Below, piece after piece: positions 50,101 through 63,392 of a DNA stretch of 64,000 nucleotides. The notes under the pieces are model-generated. The model did not search any database and had not been told where the DNA came from. It saw only the letters and a list, made by a program, of their open reading frames with translations. Positions within the stretch are counted from its first letter, which is position 1, and each line of letters begins with the position of its first letter. This DNA comes from Felis catus (taxonomy: Eukaryota). The stretch is from contig NC_058368.1 in assembly GCF_018350175.1 (NCBI RefSeq), positions 118,918,001 to 118,982,000 of the forward strand. The letters run 5' to 3'. Made by a program: the position numbers and the translations under genes.

Positions 50101-50218
50101 TTTTCAAAGTTTATTTATGTGGGCGGGGAGGGGGGGGCAAAGAGAGGGGGAGAGAGAGAATCCCAAGCCAGACTCCATCCCACAAATTAACCGACTGAGC
50201 CACCCACCCAGGTGCCCC
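50101..50218 (-). mobile_element. Internally deleted CanSINE
   Basis: Tail and head present, middle missing; TSD tgttgtgttggctt/tgttgtgctgactt. Confidence 0.85.
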
Positions 50219-51164
50219 TGTTGTGCTGACTTCTTGGGGAACACAAACTTAAATTTCTTCCTCGTTTCCCGCCTTCGTGTCTTACCCCAACCCAGTCTTA
50301 GGGTCTCTGTGGTCTCAGAATTATATTTCTTATTATCCACTTCAATATGTTAATCTAAATTCCAGAAACTGATGGGGCTCTCCAATATAGGGTTTATTCT
50401 TTAAAACAAGAAAATTACAAACTAGTCACCAGCTCTGTTGTTCCATTTAGGGTTTCACAGATTCTCTTTGACTTCTCAGAATGTTTACATAATTGCAAGA
50501 TGGGCTTCAACAACAGTCTCTCGCATTTAGGATACTCTGTTCTCTCTCCTGTACCACAGCTGGCTTGACAGCAAGAACGACTCTGTCCCCACCCAGATTT
50601 AAGCCTGCTGCCTCCTAATTCTCAAGCTATTCATTCACTATCTTTTGTGGCTGCTCTCTTTGGATGCCTTCCAGAGCCCTGTCCTTGGTCCTCCTCTCTT
50701 TTTTCCTAAACCCTGAAGCTGTTCATTCTTAAATGACCTCATCTGATTTTCCAGCTTTAGCTAATAGTACTTACCTTGCATTTTCTCTTTCCTGTGACTG
50801 TCTTGACCATATTAGGCTGAACTCTCCTACAACTCTTAGAAGGGATAACTAACTCATCTTACTAACCTTTTGAATGGCTGAAATATACTACAGGTAGAAG
50901 TCAAAACTATACACACAATAAGTCAAATCTAAAACATAAACACGCTGGAGAAATGGAATTTAGAATTCAAGCAAAAATAAAGTACCTTTCAGAGTAGTCA
51001 GTAATTACACACACTTACATGAAAAATGGGCAAATCAGTTTCTTGCCTGACTTTCTGGATGATCAACACAAACGTGTATGCTAGATATCTGCTGGAATAA
51101 TCCCAATTCTTATACAACTGAAAAACGTAAAGAGGACAGCTTCTGCCATAAATGGTTACTATCT

Positions 51165-51350
51165 TGGGGGTACCTGGGTGGCTCAGTCGGTTAAGGTTCC
51201 AACTTCAGCTCAGGTCATGATCTCAGGGCTCATGAGTTCGAGCCCCAAGTCGGGCTCTGTGCTGACAGCTCAGAGCCTGGAGCCTGCTTCGGATTCTGTC
51301 TGTCGGTCTCTCTCTCCCCAAAGTAAATAAAATAAACATTAAAAAAATTT
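51165..51350 (+). mobile_element. CanSINE
   Basis: TSD ggttactatctt/ggttacaatctt. Confidence 0.94.
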
Positions 51351-51724
51351 TAAAGGTTACAATCTTGAACAAGATAAATAAAACAAAGCTAAGCCTCAAA
51401 CTTTATTGCCAAGCTTTGGCTACCCTAAATTGTTCAATTGTAAATGTACCAGAGTTTTAAGAAACTATGAAAAGCAGTGCATTTCAAAGTCATAAAACAA
51501 ATTTATAGGATGTCAACAATTAAAAACACATTAGCTTAATGTACTCTGACTCTGTGTATACAAAAACACATGTCCATCTTAAAACCAATTTCCTCTTTGG
51601 AGGGGATGACCTGTACAATTCCTTTTAGTGATACTCACTGTCTGCTGATACTTCCTTTTCTCTGCAAAGACAGAGGTGCATTCCACCACCACACATCATC
51701 TTGGTATATGTGTCAATTTTGTTT

Positions 51725-52000
51725 ATATATTCAACACGTATTTGCTGAGGACTTACTATGTGCTAGACACTCTTCTACTTGCTGGGATACAGGAGTAAGC
51801 AAGACAGACATTATCACTGCTCTCCTGGAGCTTACATTCTAGCAGGTGAGCGGACAAGACACAATCCGTCTCATATGGAAGGGAAGGAAACTGTGTGTGA
51901 AAGATGCTACTATTTCAGATAGAGCAGTCAGGAGGTGTCCTATGGAGTTGACATTTAAGTGGAGACCTAAATAAAGCGAGGGTAGGAATGTGATAAATGA
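51725..52000 (-). mobile_element. L2 3' end
   Basis: attcaacacgtatttgctgaggacttactatgtgctagacac...ctggagcttacattctag. Confidence 0.8.
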
Positions 52001-52715
52001 CCGAAATAAATGTCCACATGCACAGATGTTCGCTGCTGCTTGTCAGCTGGAAGGATCTTAGAGGTAAGTAAACCTCCCACTCCGCTCATCTTCAAGACCT
52101 CCTCTTCCAGAACATGCCTTTGCAGTTCCTCCTTTTAACACCATGTGGCTAGGCTGCTTATTTAGGATTTCCCAGTGCTCATACAGAGACACCCGGGCCC
52201 AGAAATTTAACTGGATGCTGGAAGTGGGATGGAGAACTTTCATTTTCTCTTTCCATGGGTTTCTGAATTCTAACTTTTCCTCCACCTTCATTTACTGTTT
52301 TCTCATTTAAGTATGTCTGTGGTAGCTCCAAAGCACTGTTCTGTTAAATGACACTACCAATTAAAGGGTCACTCATGCCTCATGTATGAAATTAGATTGT
52401 TTCACCTACTTTTCTTACTTTCCCTTTAAGAGTACTTATTATATTTAAAATCTAGTACCCATAAACTTCATGGACACCAAACCTTAGTAACTGCTTAGTA
52501 GTAAGAAATATTTTTTTACCTAACAGGAAAACAGAATGTAACAGGATGGTTATAAAAGGTATATACCCTATTATGAATTCCACTGCATAGATCTTTACAA
52601 ATTCAAAGGCCGGGATCTATTCCAATCTCAGCATTTTGTAAATAACAAACACCGCTAAATTTAGAAAATAGTGACAACCAAAATTCACTTAATTTTTTAA
52701 AGTACTTTCACTTCA

Positions 52716-52938
52716 GGGGGCACCTGGGTGGCTCAATTGGTTAAGCGTCTGCCTTCTGCTCAGGTCATGATCTCATGGTTCCTGAGTTTGAGCCCCGCAT
52801 CGGGCTCTGTGCTGATAGCTCAGAGTCTGAAACCTGCTTTGGATCCTGTGTCTCCCTCTCTCTCTTTCCCACCCCTGCTTGCACTCTGTCTCTCTTGGTC
52901 TCTCAAAAATGAATAAAAGTTAAAAAAAAATTTTTTTT
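52716..52938 (+). mobile_element. CanSINE
   Basis: Degenerate TSD aaagtactttcacttca/aaagtatttttactcca. Confidence 0.94.
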
Positions 52939-55004
52939 TAAAGTATTTTTACTCCAAGCAGGACATTTCTTTTTAGATTATAAGGAATAAGAGATAATAT
53001 GTAAATTAGTATGTGAATCTTACATTGGAGCTTTAACTCTCTGTTGAACTCTTTTATGGGTGTAAATAATTGTAGTGTACTTGGAGTTCTTCTTGCCATA
53101 ATGATCGTCAAGTAGTTAATTCCTTGATACACTGAGGACTAGAATGAGAAATTAAACCTTTGGGGAGATGAGCAATTACATGTAGGAACTTATATTTATT
53201 TTATATTTCCTGTCATCAAATTCCCTTCAACTCCAAGGGAAAGAAAGCTACCTTATTTGAACATAAATATGAAAAAATCAGGCTTACAAGTGAGTAATAT
53301 CTTTTTTTTTTGTATTATGTCAAGAAAAGAGAACATAGAAGCTGTTAGAATAGAAGAGAATATAGAAGGCTCTTGAATAGCTTAAAGAAAACAAATCTTA
53401 ACTGTAAAGAAAACAAAACACCTTAACCACAGAGCACCATCCACTTCAGACTGGTCATTTGGGAAGCTAGGCATTTATTCCAGGGATATCTGAGACACAT
53501 TTAAACATCTATAGAAATACCTACATGGGTTCTTTTAAATAACCTCAATGAAAACAAATGTTATAATGTGAGAGAAGATTAAATTTCTAAATTTCTGGAA
53601 ATACTGAAATCGTTTGGAATCACATAAATAAGGTAAAAGGTAAATGATCACGTTAATGAATGAATACATCTTCTGATTGAGAAAGAACATTCAGGCATTA
53701 CCATAGTGTAAGGAGTCCAGTTTTCCTTTATGGCTTACAAGGTGGGTCTGAAGGCAACTTCAGAAGGGGAATAATACATACGCTCTTCAAAGGTAGAAGC
53801 TTACAAATACAACATTCATTTTGGTTTTCTGTTGAAAAAAAAAATCAATCTATTTTATAGTCACACTTTGTCCTTAACACAACTCAGCTGGATTCCAAAT
53901 GACAAATTCCACATAAAGTTCTAATTAAATTTTTTAATGTTTCACTTAAAAAAAGCTGCCTCTGAACTTAAGTTATATTTTACACGGGTATGTTTACCAT
54001 TTCAAACTGCCATTTTACTTGTCTCTGTACTTGGTTCTTTGTGATATAAAAAAAGTTAATTATAACTTTGGTTTAATCCATCAAATTTGTTTGTTTTACC
54101 ACTTGATCAATAAAGAGTTATTAACTGTAGTCAAGTGAGTTACATAATCCAAATTTATGCACTTAGGATAAATTCTGGTATTCAATATAGGCAGAAACTC
54201 TTTTCACACAGCTTTGCTAAATAAATGTGAAAAAAATTAATGCTAATAACTTCATTCTCATTTTCAGGAAAATTAAAGTTTCTTAATGAAATTTTAATGA
54301 GTCTTCACATGCTTGATTTTACAAGAATACCAGACAATAAAATATCAAGGGGGCATTCTACCATTTATTAATAAAAACCTAACAATGTCGCTGAGGTTAT
54401 CAATATGCTATTAAATTTAAATGACCTATCTAATTAACAAAATGCACTGACAAGCTAACAAAAAAAAATTAAAACTAAAAATAATAATGTAAATACAATT
54501 ATCTTGGCCCTTGAAAGCTTTAAATACAGTAGTCCTTATGAAATTGGGATCCATGACCCTTTAAGGATCTCACACAGTAGACTCTGTAAAAGTCTTAGAG
54601 CCTGATGAATAGGAAATACCAACACAGGCACAGATGTCCTCATGTACTTAGCCAATGAGGGTCATGCTGGTTTGAGCTCAGGAGACTTGGCAGAGCTTGA
54701 AAAATTCTCCCTTGAATTTTTATAGTACTTTTTAATTTTCAAAGTAAACATCCACGCACAAATCCTGTCAGGCAAAAATGCTGGGTGTTCTTACTGTTTT
54801 ACAGAAGCTGAAATTGTGACAGAAAGCTGTAAATGACTACACAAATACGTACAGGAGAGCAGAGGCTTGATCCCATTTCTCCTATATATATTGTTTAAAG
54901 AGTCACAGATGACAAATAAAAACTCCTAAAGACCCATGGGAAATTTCTTACACAGTATTAAACATTCCCCTTCAGATGAGTATTAAGTTTTTCTGACTAT
55001 TCTT

Positions 55005-55210
55005 TTCTCTCTCAATGTCTCATTTTCCCACCTGGAAAATTAAGTTAATAACACCGGTCTTCCACGCTACATAGATAATGGCACAATCAGTAATTTAATA
55101 CAGAAACTACAATTACAAACTTCCACGTGTTGCTCAGAGGTTTAAATGAGATGAATGTATATGAAGCCCTTAGCATGGTGCTGCCACATCATCCATGCTC
55201 ATCACTGATG
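55005..55210 (+). mobile_element. MIR
   Basis: gaggtttaaatgagatgaatgtatatgaagcccttagcatggtgc. Confidence 0.7.
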
Positions 55211-56416
55211 GCAGAGAAGAGAGTTAAAAAAACAGTTAAGAATATGGATAGTGTACATTTTTTCAAAGCCGAGCTAGGTGATTCACAGCAACTCTTATAA
55301 AACACCTGGCTAATCTGTATTAAGTGTCACGTCTCTAGAACTAGAGACCGGATGTTAAGAGAAGCCTGCGAGGGAACTCAGACAACTGAGAATTAGGATA
55401 GTCCTCCCAGCAACACAACTATTTCTGCGATGTATCTCTAGACATTTCCTATGGGTCTCATTTCCTCATCTGGAAAAAAAAAGTGTGTGGGAGCAGATGA
55501 GCTCTCAAGAGCCTTTAAGCTCTAATCTAAAATCACTGTACCCAACACATAAAACAAGCTCGGAGAACTCAAGAGCCCCACCTTTCTAGCACAACCGACA
55601 ACAGTACTGACACAGTATTTTCTCTTCACCACCACTAACATTATTTCTTACAAAAATACCAAATCCAGGTCCATTTTTCGTCTTGTACATGACAGTGAAC
55701 ACAAAAAATCAAATGACCAAATTTAGTGCACTATTCCCTATCCACGGTGATCGGTTAAGAGGAATGTAGAATTTTAGAAACAGAAACACACACACACACA
55801 TGTTATGAAAATAATTCATATATAATTATAGGGAAAGTACTTTGACTCCACAATATCTAATCACTAGAGGTCAAAGACTGGCTCTGCTCAGCCTCAGAAT
55901 TCAAGTCTTCTCTTTCTAAGTCTAGTTCTTTTCCACGATTTCTATCACTAAATAATGCAATCAAATTGAAAGGAATTTGAGTGTTTTTTTTAAGCCACAA
56001 AAATGCAATTTAAGTCATCTTAAAATTAAAGAAGCCCTAATCCCCAATAATTACAAAACAAAACAACAGAACATGAAAACAACAATAACAAAGTCTGTCC
56101 ATAACAAACTGGTAGAGCTTTAATGTTCGACATGTGATGACCACAAGGTCACAAGTCACTGCATTGCCCCAATAGCATGAAATAATAAATCATGAACTAG
56201 ATGCCATTTCACAACAGCTTTAAAAAGCTGGCTATCAAATATGTTTTCAGAATAGCCAGTTAAATACTATGGATAATTACGAAAACAACTAGAATAGAAG
56301 CTCTATTTATTATAAAAACGGACAAAAGGTAACATTTATTGCAACAAACTGTATGTTATAAACATGGCATACTCAAGTTGAATGCCAAAACGTTAATTAT
56401 AAAAATAAAATTTCCT

Positions 56417-56605
56417 GGGGCACCTGGGTTGCTCAGTCCGGTAAGCATCTGACTCTTGATTTCGGCTCTGGTCATGATCTCACAGTTCATTAGTTTGAAC
56501 CCCTAATAGCGAAGAGCCTGCTTGAGATTCTTCCTCTCCCTCTCTCTCTCTGCCCCCCCCCCCACCCTACTCTCTTGGTCTCTCTCAAAATAAATAAACT
56601 TAAAA
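56417..56605 (+). mobile_element. CanSINE (last one before exon 2)
   Basis: ggggcacctgggttgctcag head; TSD aaaaataaaatttc/aaaaataaaacttc. Confidence 0.92.
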
Positions 56606-59600
56606 AATAAAACTTCATGTAAGACAATAGTGCTAAATAAACAGCTGCAACTAATCATCATTAAACCTTTCTCTTACCATATATACATACACGTGTGTGT
56701 ATATATTTGGTGCCTTATACCATGAACTTTTAAAAGAATTCTAAAATAAAGAGGTACTTTGCCTAAATTTACTGCCTTATTAAACACTATCAATCTTATA
56801 ATATTTTGAAACTGGCTCAAAAAGTATTTGAAAGCACTAAAAATTAATATTTGAGTTACTCTGGAAAAGTATGTTTAAAACATGCAACTCTACCAAGATA
56901 ACATATTAATATTTAAATTAGCCAAGAAGTAAAATTAGGGGATGACACACTTCCATTCTAAATAATTAGCTTTAAGGACTATATTTGCAATATAAATAGT
57001 TTAAATGACTATCTAGCAATTGCAAAACCCCATAATTTATTCTATCTATGTACTGTTGAATAAGAATTTAATTTCCTCAATATTCCAGCAGAAAAACACA
57101 CAGCCCCTGAAAGTACATTACTAAAACAAAGGGTTGCATCCCTTATCAGATGACAGTGAATGTAAAAGTGTACTAGTAAATACAAAGTGGTTTCATCAAC
57201 CTAAGATCATCATTATTTCAACTCTATTGTAGTAACTAGATTTTCATTGATTAAAGAGATTAAATAAAAACGGGACAAATATGGACTTGATCTTAGCTGG
57301 AATAATGTAAATGGAACTAAAATGTCTACTCCATATTTTTTTTTTTTTTTTTTTTTGGGTAATAAAGCACAGCAAAAGACAACAAAGTAACCCTTAAAGA
57401 GTTAGGGCTATATTGCTATACTTGGTTCCAGAGTTCTACCTCAAATAAAAGAAGCTAAATTGTAATTCTGATTAGTGCCCTCCCTTGTACATAAACACAA
57501 CCCCAGATTTCTCTTTTTCAGTTCTCTGAATTTCATGACAATTGATACAAACTTCTGGTTTTCAAAATCGTTCCTGATACTTCTAAACTTAGCCTCCACA
57601 TTCCACACTTCTTCTGAGCCTCCCTCTCCTGCCCTCCCCACCCCACCCCCAACCCCATTAATTCACAAACTCCATGGGAAATCCTGCATTCAAGGGACAT
57701 TTGTGAGGACAGTTAGGAATAAAGTCAACAGCGTATATTTTCTAAAATATACACCTTAATGTGTGAAATGAAGGTAAAAATCACCATTAAAAGTCACATT
57801 CTAATCCAGTTCAGCATAGAAATGATCACACACAATTCAAAGGGAAAATGGACCTTTTCTTTCTTTAAATGAATAAACCAGAAGAAAAGAGCAGTTGGAT
57901 CTCTGAAACTACAGAGACAAGGAAAGCAGGGGCTTTTAAACTCTTCTGTAAGATTCAATAATCAGGAATTTGTATTTTTTCATTTACAGTTTAGTTCAAC
58001 AAAATACTTCTTGAAAACTCTTATGCAACACACTTCACCAATATATGTTTTACAGGACTCAGAAATATGGAAGCAAGTGGCCATTAATTTGCCAAATACC
58101 TGTAAATACTACGTTATACAATTACCAGGGTGCTAATTAAAATTAAAATTAGGTGTAATCTTTTAAAGTGAGAAAAAATATGTTTTAAGAAATATGCCCC
58201 AGACTTATGGTAAATCTAATGTAAATTAAGATTTCCTAACAACTAGGCTACTTCAATCACCTGCAGGCCAGAGTGGATTAAGACTTATATAACCAACCAA
58301 TTAATACAGATGCTCTTTCACATTAGGTACTCATACTAAAATAAACCCTTTTGATCCAATCTCTCCACTAAAATCTCAAAAGGCCCCTACAGTAATCTCC
58401 ACCCACATACGAATTTCATTTTTAATACAATTTGCACTTAACCTACATTTATGCAAGGTATGTTTTAGAGGAAGTTTTTCATAAAATGTATAAACATTCA
58501 ATGATGTATATCAAGGTGTTTGACTCAAATATCTGCTACAGCCATAGACAAAACCAAAACAGCATCACAATACAAATTATGTCAGCAACTGTACAAATAT
58601 AATGGAATGGCCGAAGAAACATCATAAGAAGTTATTTCAGTAAAACCTCACCACATGCTAATCACACATTTCTGTATCTGAGGCCTTCCACACTAAACTG
58701 ACACACCTGAATACACAGTGTGTTTTATCTTTTTCTTTTACTAAGACAGCCATAACAAAGTACAGTGTTAAAAAAAAAAAAAAGAAAAAGATATTTATCA
58801 TAAAGCTAAAAATAAATATGTAAACACCTAAAGCAAATCTCCTTTAACGTACAGGAATCAAATTCTATGAGTAAATATTATAAATATTAAACCCAAAAAA
58901 GACCATGAAATGCTCACCGCCAGAACTTTCATAAGGAGAAGAAAAAAAGAAGATAGGAAGTAAACCAAGTATCCATTAAAAAAGGAGTAAAGCATAACCA
59001 AAACAAAATCTCTTCCTTATGTCCCTTCTCTGAGAAAACATGCAGCACGGCGTTCATAGGAAAAAAAGAGAAAGGGGCAGAATTTGCTTCACTCAACCTG
59101 TGCACAGGTCTTCAATATCATTATGTAAATACAACTGGACGCAGATGCAATTAAAAGAGATGTTACAATCTACATAAATTTTCAGAGCTTTGTAAATTAG
59201 AGCCCTAAATTGTCCCTAAGCCTGAGTTTACAAATTAATCCTCCATCATTCTCTCTCTTCAATAATCTTAACCCTCAAAAAAACGGTCAACTTTTTAACA
59301 CTCAAGTTTCAACATAATCCCAATAAAAACTCTAATTCCACCTATAACTATTCACTCCCCTGCCTCTCTTCAGAAGTTTCACCATTAATGTATAAGTGAA
59401 ACAATGCTGAAAATCAAATTATGCAGAAATGTGTTTTCATCAGCATTACAAGTGTATGCTCAATTTGTCTAATTTCAATATGTAAGAAGCTATTTCAGTT
59501 AGTAACGCTAGTTTGTTTTACTTAAAGAGTATCTTTGAATGTCACTAGGTTTTCTCCTGTTCCACTATCATTGAAGGAACGTAATTCTTAAAAAGAAAAT

Positions 59601-62136
59601 ACTTGATTGACTACGCTCAGTCAGGATAGTCATAATTTTACAAACAAATGTGAACTGGATATTAAACTATGTTGACACATTAGGAGTGACCGCCCCTGGC
59701 AAAACAGAGTATAAAACATATTTTTTAAAGCATTTTGAGAAAAAGCAATTTTAAGTGACATCTTAAAAAGTCAATTTATGCTTTCTTTTTTTTTTTTTTT
59801 AAATTAAAAAGGAATGCAAGTCAAGTTATTAGTGGCATACAGCATTTTTATACCTAAAGTCAGAAAGTCAGGATTCACTACAGTTGTGATCTCAACCTGT
59901 TCATCACTTGGGTCACTGCTCACAGTTTGGCCAGAACCATGTAACATATAGAGGAGAGAAAGCAACCAATTTTAGTTATATCAGGGCTGTTGTTTGCAAA
60001 CAATAGACTAATTCAGTGATGGTGAGAAAAGAAACATTGTTTGAATTTACTTGGAAGAAGCTTTGTTCTGGGTAATCACAGTTCCCCGTGTTAAGTTAAT
60101 GCAGTAAGGTCTAAAGTTTTCAAATGTTAGCCAATTATCCTGTATATGACACCTTTTCATTAGGACACAAACTACTGGTTGTAATTACAAATCACACACC
60201 AGCATAAAAATAATCATTTCAATGGTTATTAAAGAATCTCAAAAGAACCACATCATCACTCCTTTGCTAATCGCCATAAGGTTGTCATGAGGCTCCAATT
60301 AAAAATAAGTGAAGGAACTTTACATGTCATAAATTCCTATTAAAAGGCATTAAAATGATATTTAATGATTTAAAGTCACCTATGTTCATCTAAGACTTAT
60401 GCTCCAGACCCCAGAGTTTACAAGGCTTAATGAAAATTCACTATTAATGAAAAATCGGTAAGTCTTGTTCTATGTTTTTTTACAGTAAGAAAAATGAAAA
60501 CGGTACTGTGGTAATTGCTAGAACAAAATGCATTAATAATCCCAAGAGTTTCCTAAGATATATTATGCTTCTTTGTACAATTACATTTTATAATTCAGTA
60601 ATAGTTTCCTACAGATAACTTAGTCAAATCAATAGCACTCTTTAAGATAACCAAGCACCCCGAATCATTAATTACATTGCCAAAATTTTGATACTGAAAA
60701 ATTTAAAACACAGCATGTCTTTTAACATTTAGACACAACTAACGCATTAAGAAATATCTCAAATTTCCTTACTGAAAACCTGTTAAGCCTTCCATTCAGA
60801 ATGACAACAAAAAGTTGAAGTGGTATTCTAAAGGAAAGATTATTTACATAATAGATTAGTAGGCAGTTTACATGAAGGCATACAAGAACCAAGTGAGCCT
60901 CTTAAAGGAATAGAACCTAGCCTAAATCTAGGTCTGAATTTTTTCCCCAACAAGAAAACCTTCCTCCTTCAAGGGGATAGAAAAGAGACAAACACCATTG
61001 TTAAGATAGATCTTTAACAGAAAAAGTGTTTTAAAGAGAGTTTTAAGTAAAATCTTCAATGACTAATTAGGAACAAAGAAAACCACCAACATTAAAAAAA
61101 ACAAAAAACAAAACAAAAAACCTTGAAAGGCTCATGTCCAAGTAAATCACTGTCTACTCTGCCTTTCAAACAAAACAAAACAAAACAAAACACACCACTG
61201 ATTAATCAATCCCGTGTCTCTGCAATCACATTCTTATATTTCCTTCACACCTAAAATGTGACATATAATCTGAATTGGGGACAGGGATACAGGATAGAGA
61301 CCTTAACCCCTATCAATAGATCCATCTCAGTTTAGAACGTTTTCCTGTTAATTTCATTTTAAGAGACCTTTTTGAGGTCAAAAGGAAATGTCAGTATACT
61401 TATAAATGTCTGAGGAAAAAGGGGAACAAATCAAATGACAGCTGAGAATTGAAGCCATCAGGTGTCTCTTTGAGAACTTGGAGGAACTCTCTGGAAAGGG
61501 AGGTTTTGTTTTGCACCATTTTGGCACCAATTCCTTTCTTAAAAAGGCTGAACAGCAGTCCCACCTCTAGGGCTATGGTCAGGTACACTGCTCACTGCTT
61601 TAGCAATCTCCAAACTCAAATTCCTCCACAGAAGCTTCAGTCTGGAGAAAAGGCTCATTGTTAAATCTTCTAATTTTAACCCTTACATCTCCTCAAGCTA
61701 CTATTTTACAAGTGTGCAAACCCAGAGCACAACTTTTGATTGTGTGAAATATCAAGGGTACATTTTACTCTAACGTAACAGCGTACTTCAAAGCACACAC
61801 AAATATTACATATGAAAGCCCTCTTAAGTTTATGTAATTTTTACTTAAGATACCTGTTAATGAGCAAAATTATTTAGAATTTTTTAAATAAAATCTTCCA
61901 CTACCGGCCAGTGGGATACTGAATGCCATTACTTCAGAGAAAAGTTGAAATGCTTATATACAGATACGTCACTTAGGCATGATTGAAAGACCACCTACTT
62001 TCAAAGGACCACTTAAAATTTAGTCACACGAAAAAAGCACAGGAGTCGCTGGAAGACAAACACAAACTGTTAAACCCTGAAGTCTATCCATCCATCTTAC
62101 GTCCATTCCGAAGAGACAGAAAACCATCTGGCTTAC

Positions 62137-63332
62137 CTTGAATAGCCATTAGAAAACACCGATCGGCCAGGGAAGTTCAAAGTCCCCAAGGAAGCCAAGT
62201 TGTCATCTCCAGATGCTTGACACCTATTCCAATTTTCTGAACCAACAGGAATTGGTGGAATGACATTGAAAATAGGCTTCTGATCCTGTTGTTGCGAAAG
62301 GGATGCGGTATTCATGTCATAGTGGTACATCTGGCCCCCAGAGGTACTCACGCCATGAACAGAAATGGCAGACATTTTATTACCAATTATATTTGCCCCA
62401 GAAAAGCTTGCCTGACAATAAACTGGGCCCAGTTTCTCCTGCTTAATTACCCCAGGGGTGCAGAGTTCAATGAAATCTTCTTTTTCTGTTTTCACTTGGG
62501 GCAGGGACACACTGTTGGGGCTTGATAAGATCAGATCTCCATTATCCTTAATTTTAGGTTTAGTGTCCGGTAAAACGAGAGGCTTACAGTCCTCGTTCGA
62601 GTTCCCTTCCAAAAGGAATGGATCATCCTCTCCTGCCAAAGGAGAAAGCAAACAGTTTTCATCTATCAAGAGGTCTGATCTCCAAGGACTCTCACTTGTC
62701 TCTTTATCTGGGGACCCAGAAGAAAATTCCAAATCCTGGAGTTTTTTCCTCCAAATGTCAAAGGTGCTTTGGTCTGTGGTATACAACTTCACATTGCCCC
62801 CGTTGGTGCCAGTCTGGCCCTTCAAATTTTGCTGTTCTGAAGAGACATCAGAGAGTGTTTTTGGAAACTCCTCTGTGGGGGCAGCAGCAACAGCAACGGT
62901 CACTGAGCTCTTGGGGTTCTCGGGAACACTGGTCGACCTATTGAGGTTTGCGATGCTTTCTTCCAGAAGCTGAAAGTCTGTTTCCCCAGAGGAAAGGCTG
63001 ATTTGGCCCTGCTGTGGGAATCCCAGCTCATTTCCCATTACTTTTGTTTCTGTCTCTCCCATATACAGTCCCATTGACAGCGAAACTGCCTTGGACAGAT
63101 CTGGCTGCTGTGCATTGCTTCCTGAGCCTTTTGGAAAATCCACCAAAAGTCTTTGCTGCTTGGAGTCTGACTGAGAAACAGCAGCCAGTGATGGTGAAGA
63201 TGCAGAAACCTTCACAGAGGCTCCTCCCCTTAGGGTTTTATAGAAGTCCATCACATTTCCCCTCTCCCGACCAAGCACGCTGCTAGAGATTTCTTCTTTA
63301 CTGGAGGGGCTTAATGATTCCTTGGAGTCCAT
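62137..63332 (-). CDS. NR3C1: Glucocorticoid receptor, coding part of exon 2 (N-terminal transactivation domain/AF-1; 398 codons + 2 nt, phase-2 end)
   Basis: Translation [14 protein letters not shown]...[11 protein letters not shown]...[17 protein letters not shown]...[23 protein letters not shown]...VFSNGYS is the mammalian GR N-terminus. Ends at donor TCAAG|GTAAGC (62137|62136). The ORF track's final R+stop comes from read-through into the intron. Internal initiator Mets (M28, M87, M91, M99, M320, M335, M340), SP phosphosites (S207, S215, S230) and SUMO motifs VKTE/IKQE are present. Confidence 0.99.
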
Positions 63333-63348
63333 CAGAGAATATCATCAG
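63333..63348 (-). other. NR3C1: Non-coding 5' part of NR3C1 exon 2 (16 nt, CTGATGATATTCTCTG)
   Basis: Follows the only AG between the long polypyrimidine tract and the ATG (ccccctggtAG|CTG); contains two in-frame TGA stops upstream of the start codon. Confidence 0.9.
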
Positions 63349-63392
63349 CTACCAGGGGGAAAAAAGAAAAAAAAAAAAAAGAAAGGTGGGGG
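63349..63392 (-). promoter_or_regulatory. NR3C1: Splice acceptor and polypyrimidine tract of exon 2
   Basis: Minus strand reads cccccacctttc(t-rich)ccccctggtAG; AG at 63350-63349. Confidence 0.93.

Larger units (their letters stand above)
1..62136 (-). other. NR3C1: NR3C1 intron 2 (intron B), partial; exon 3 is outside the window
   Basis: Starts with GTAAGC at 62136; no zinc-finger-coding exon 3 seen; repeat-rich non-coding sequence; this intron is known to be very long in mammals. Confidence 0.92.

Noticed and set aside
870..53132. Recurring short ORFs with SAQVMIS...GSVLTAQSLEPA motifs suggesting a peptide family
   Set aside because: All are translations of CanSINE copies.
62133..62136. 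ORF track suggests a complete single-exon 399-aa protein ending ...GYSR*
   Set aside because: The stop lies inside the canonical donor (AG|GTAA); this is exon 2 of a spliced gene, not a truncation or retrocopy. No nearby sense polyA signal was noticed.
62289..63286. Plus-strand ORFs of 78-171 aa opposite exon 2
   Set aside because: Antisense shadows of a coding exon with no recognisable domain.
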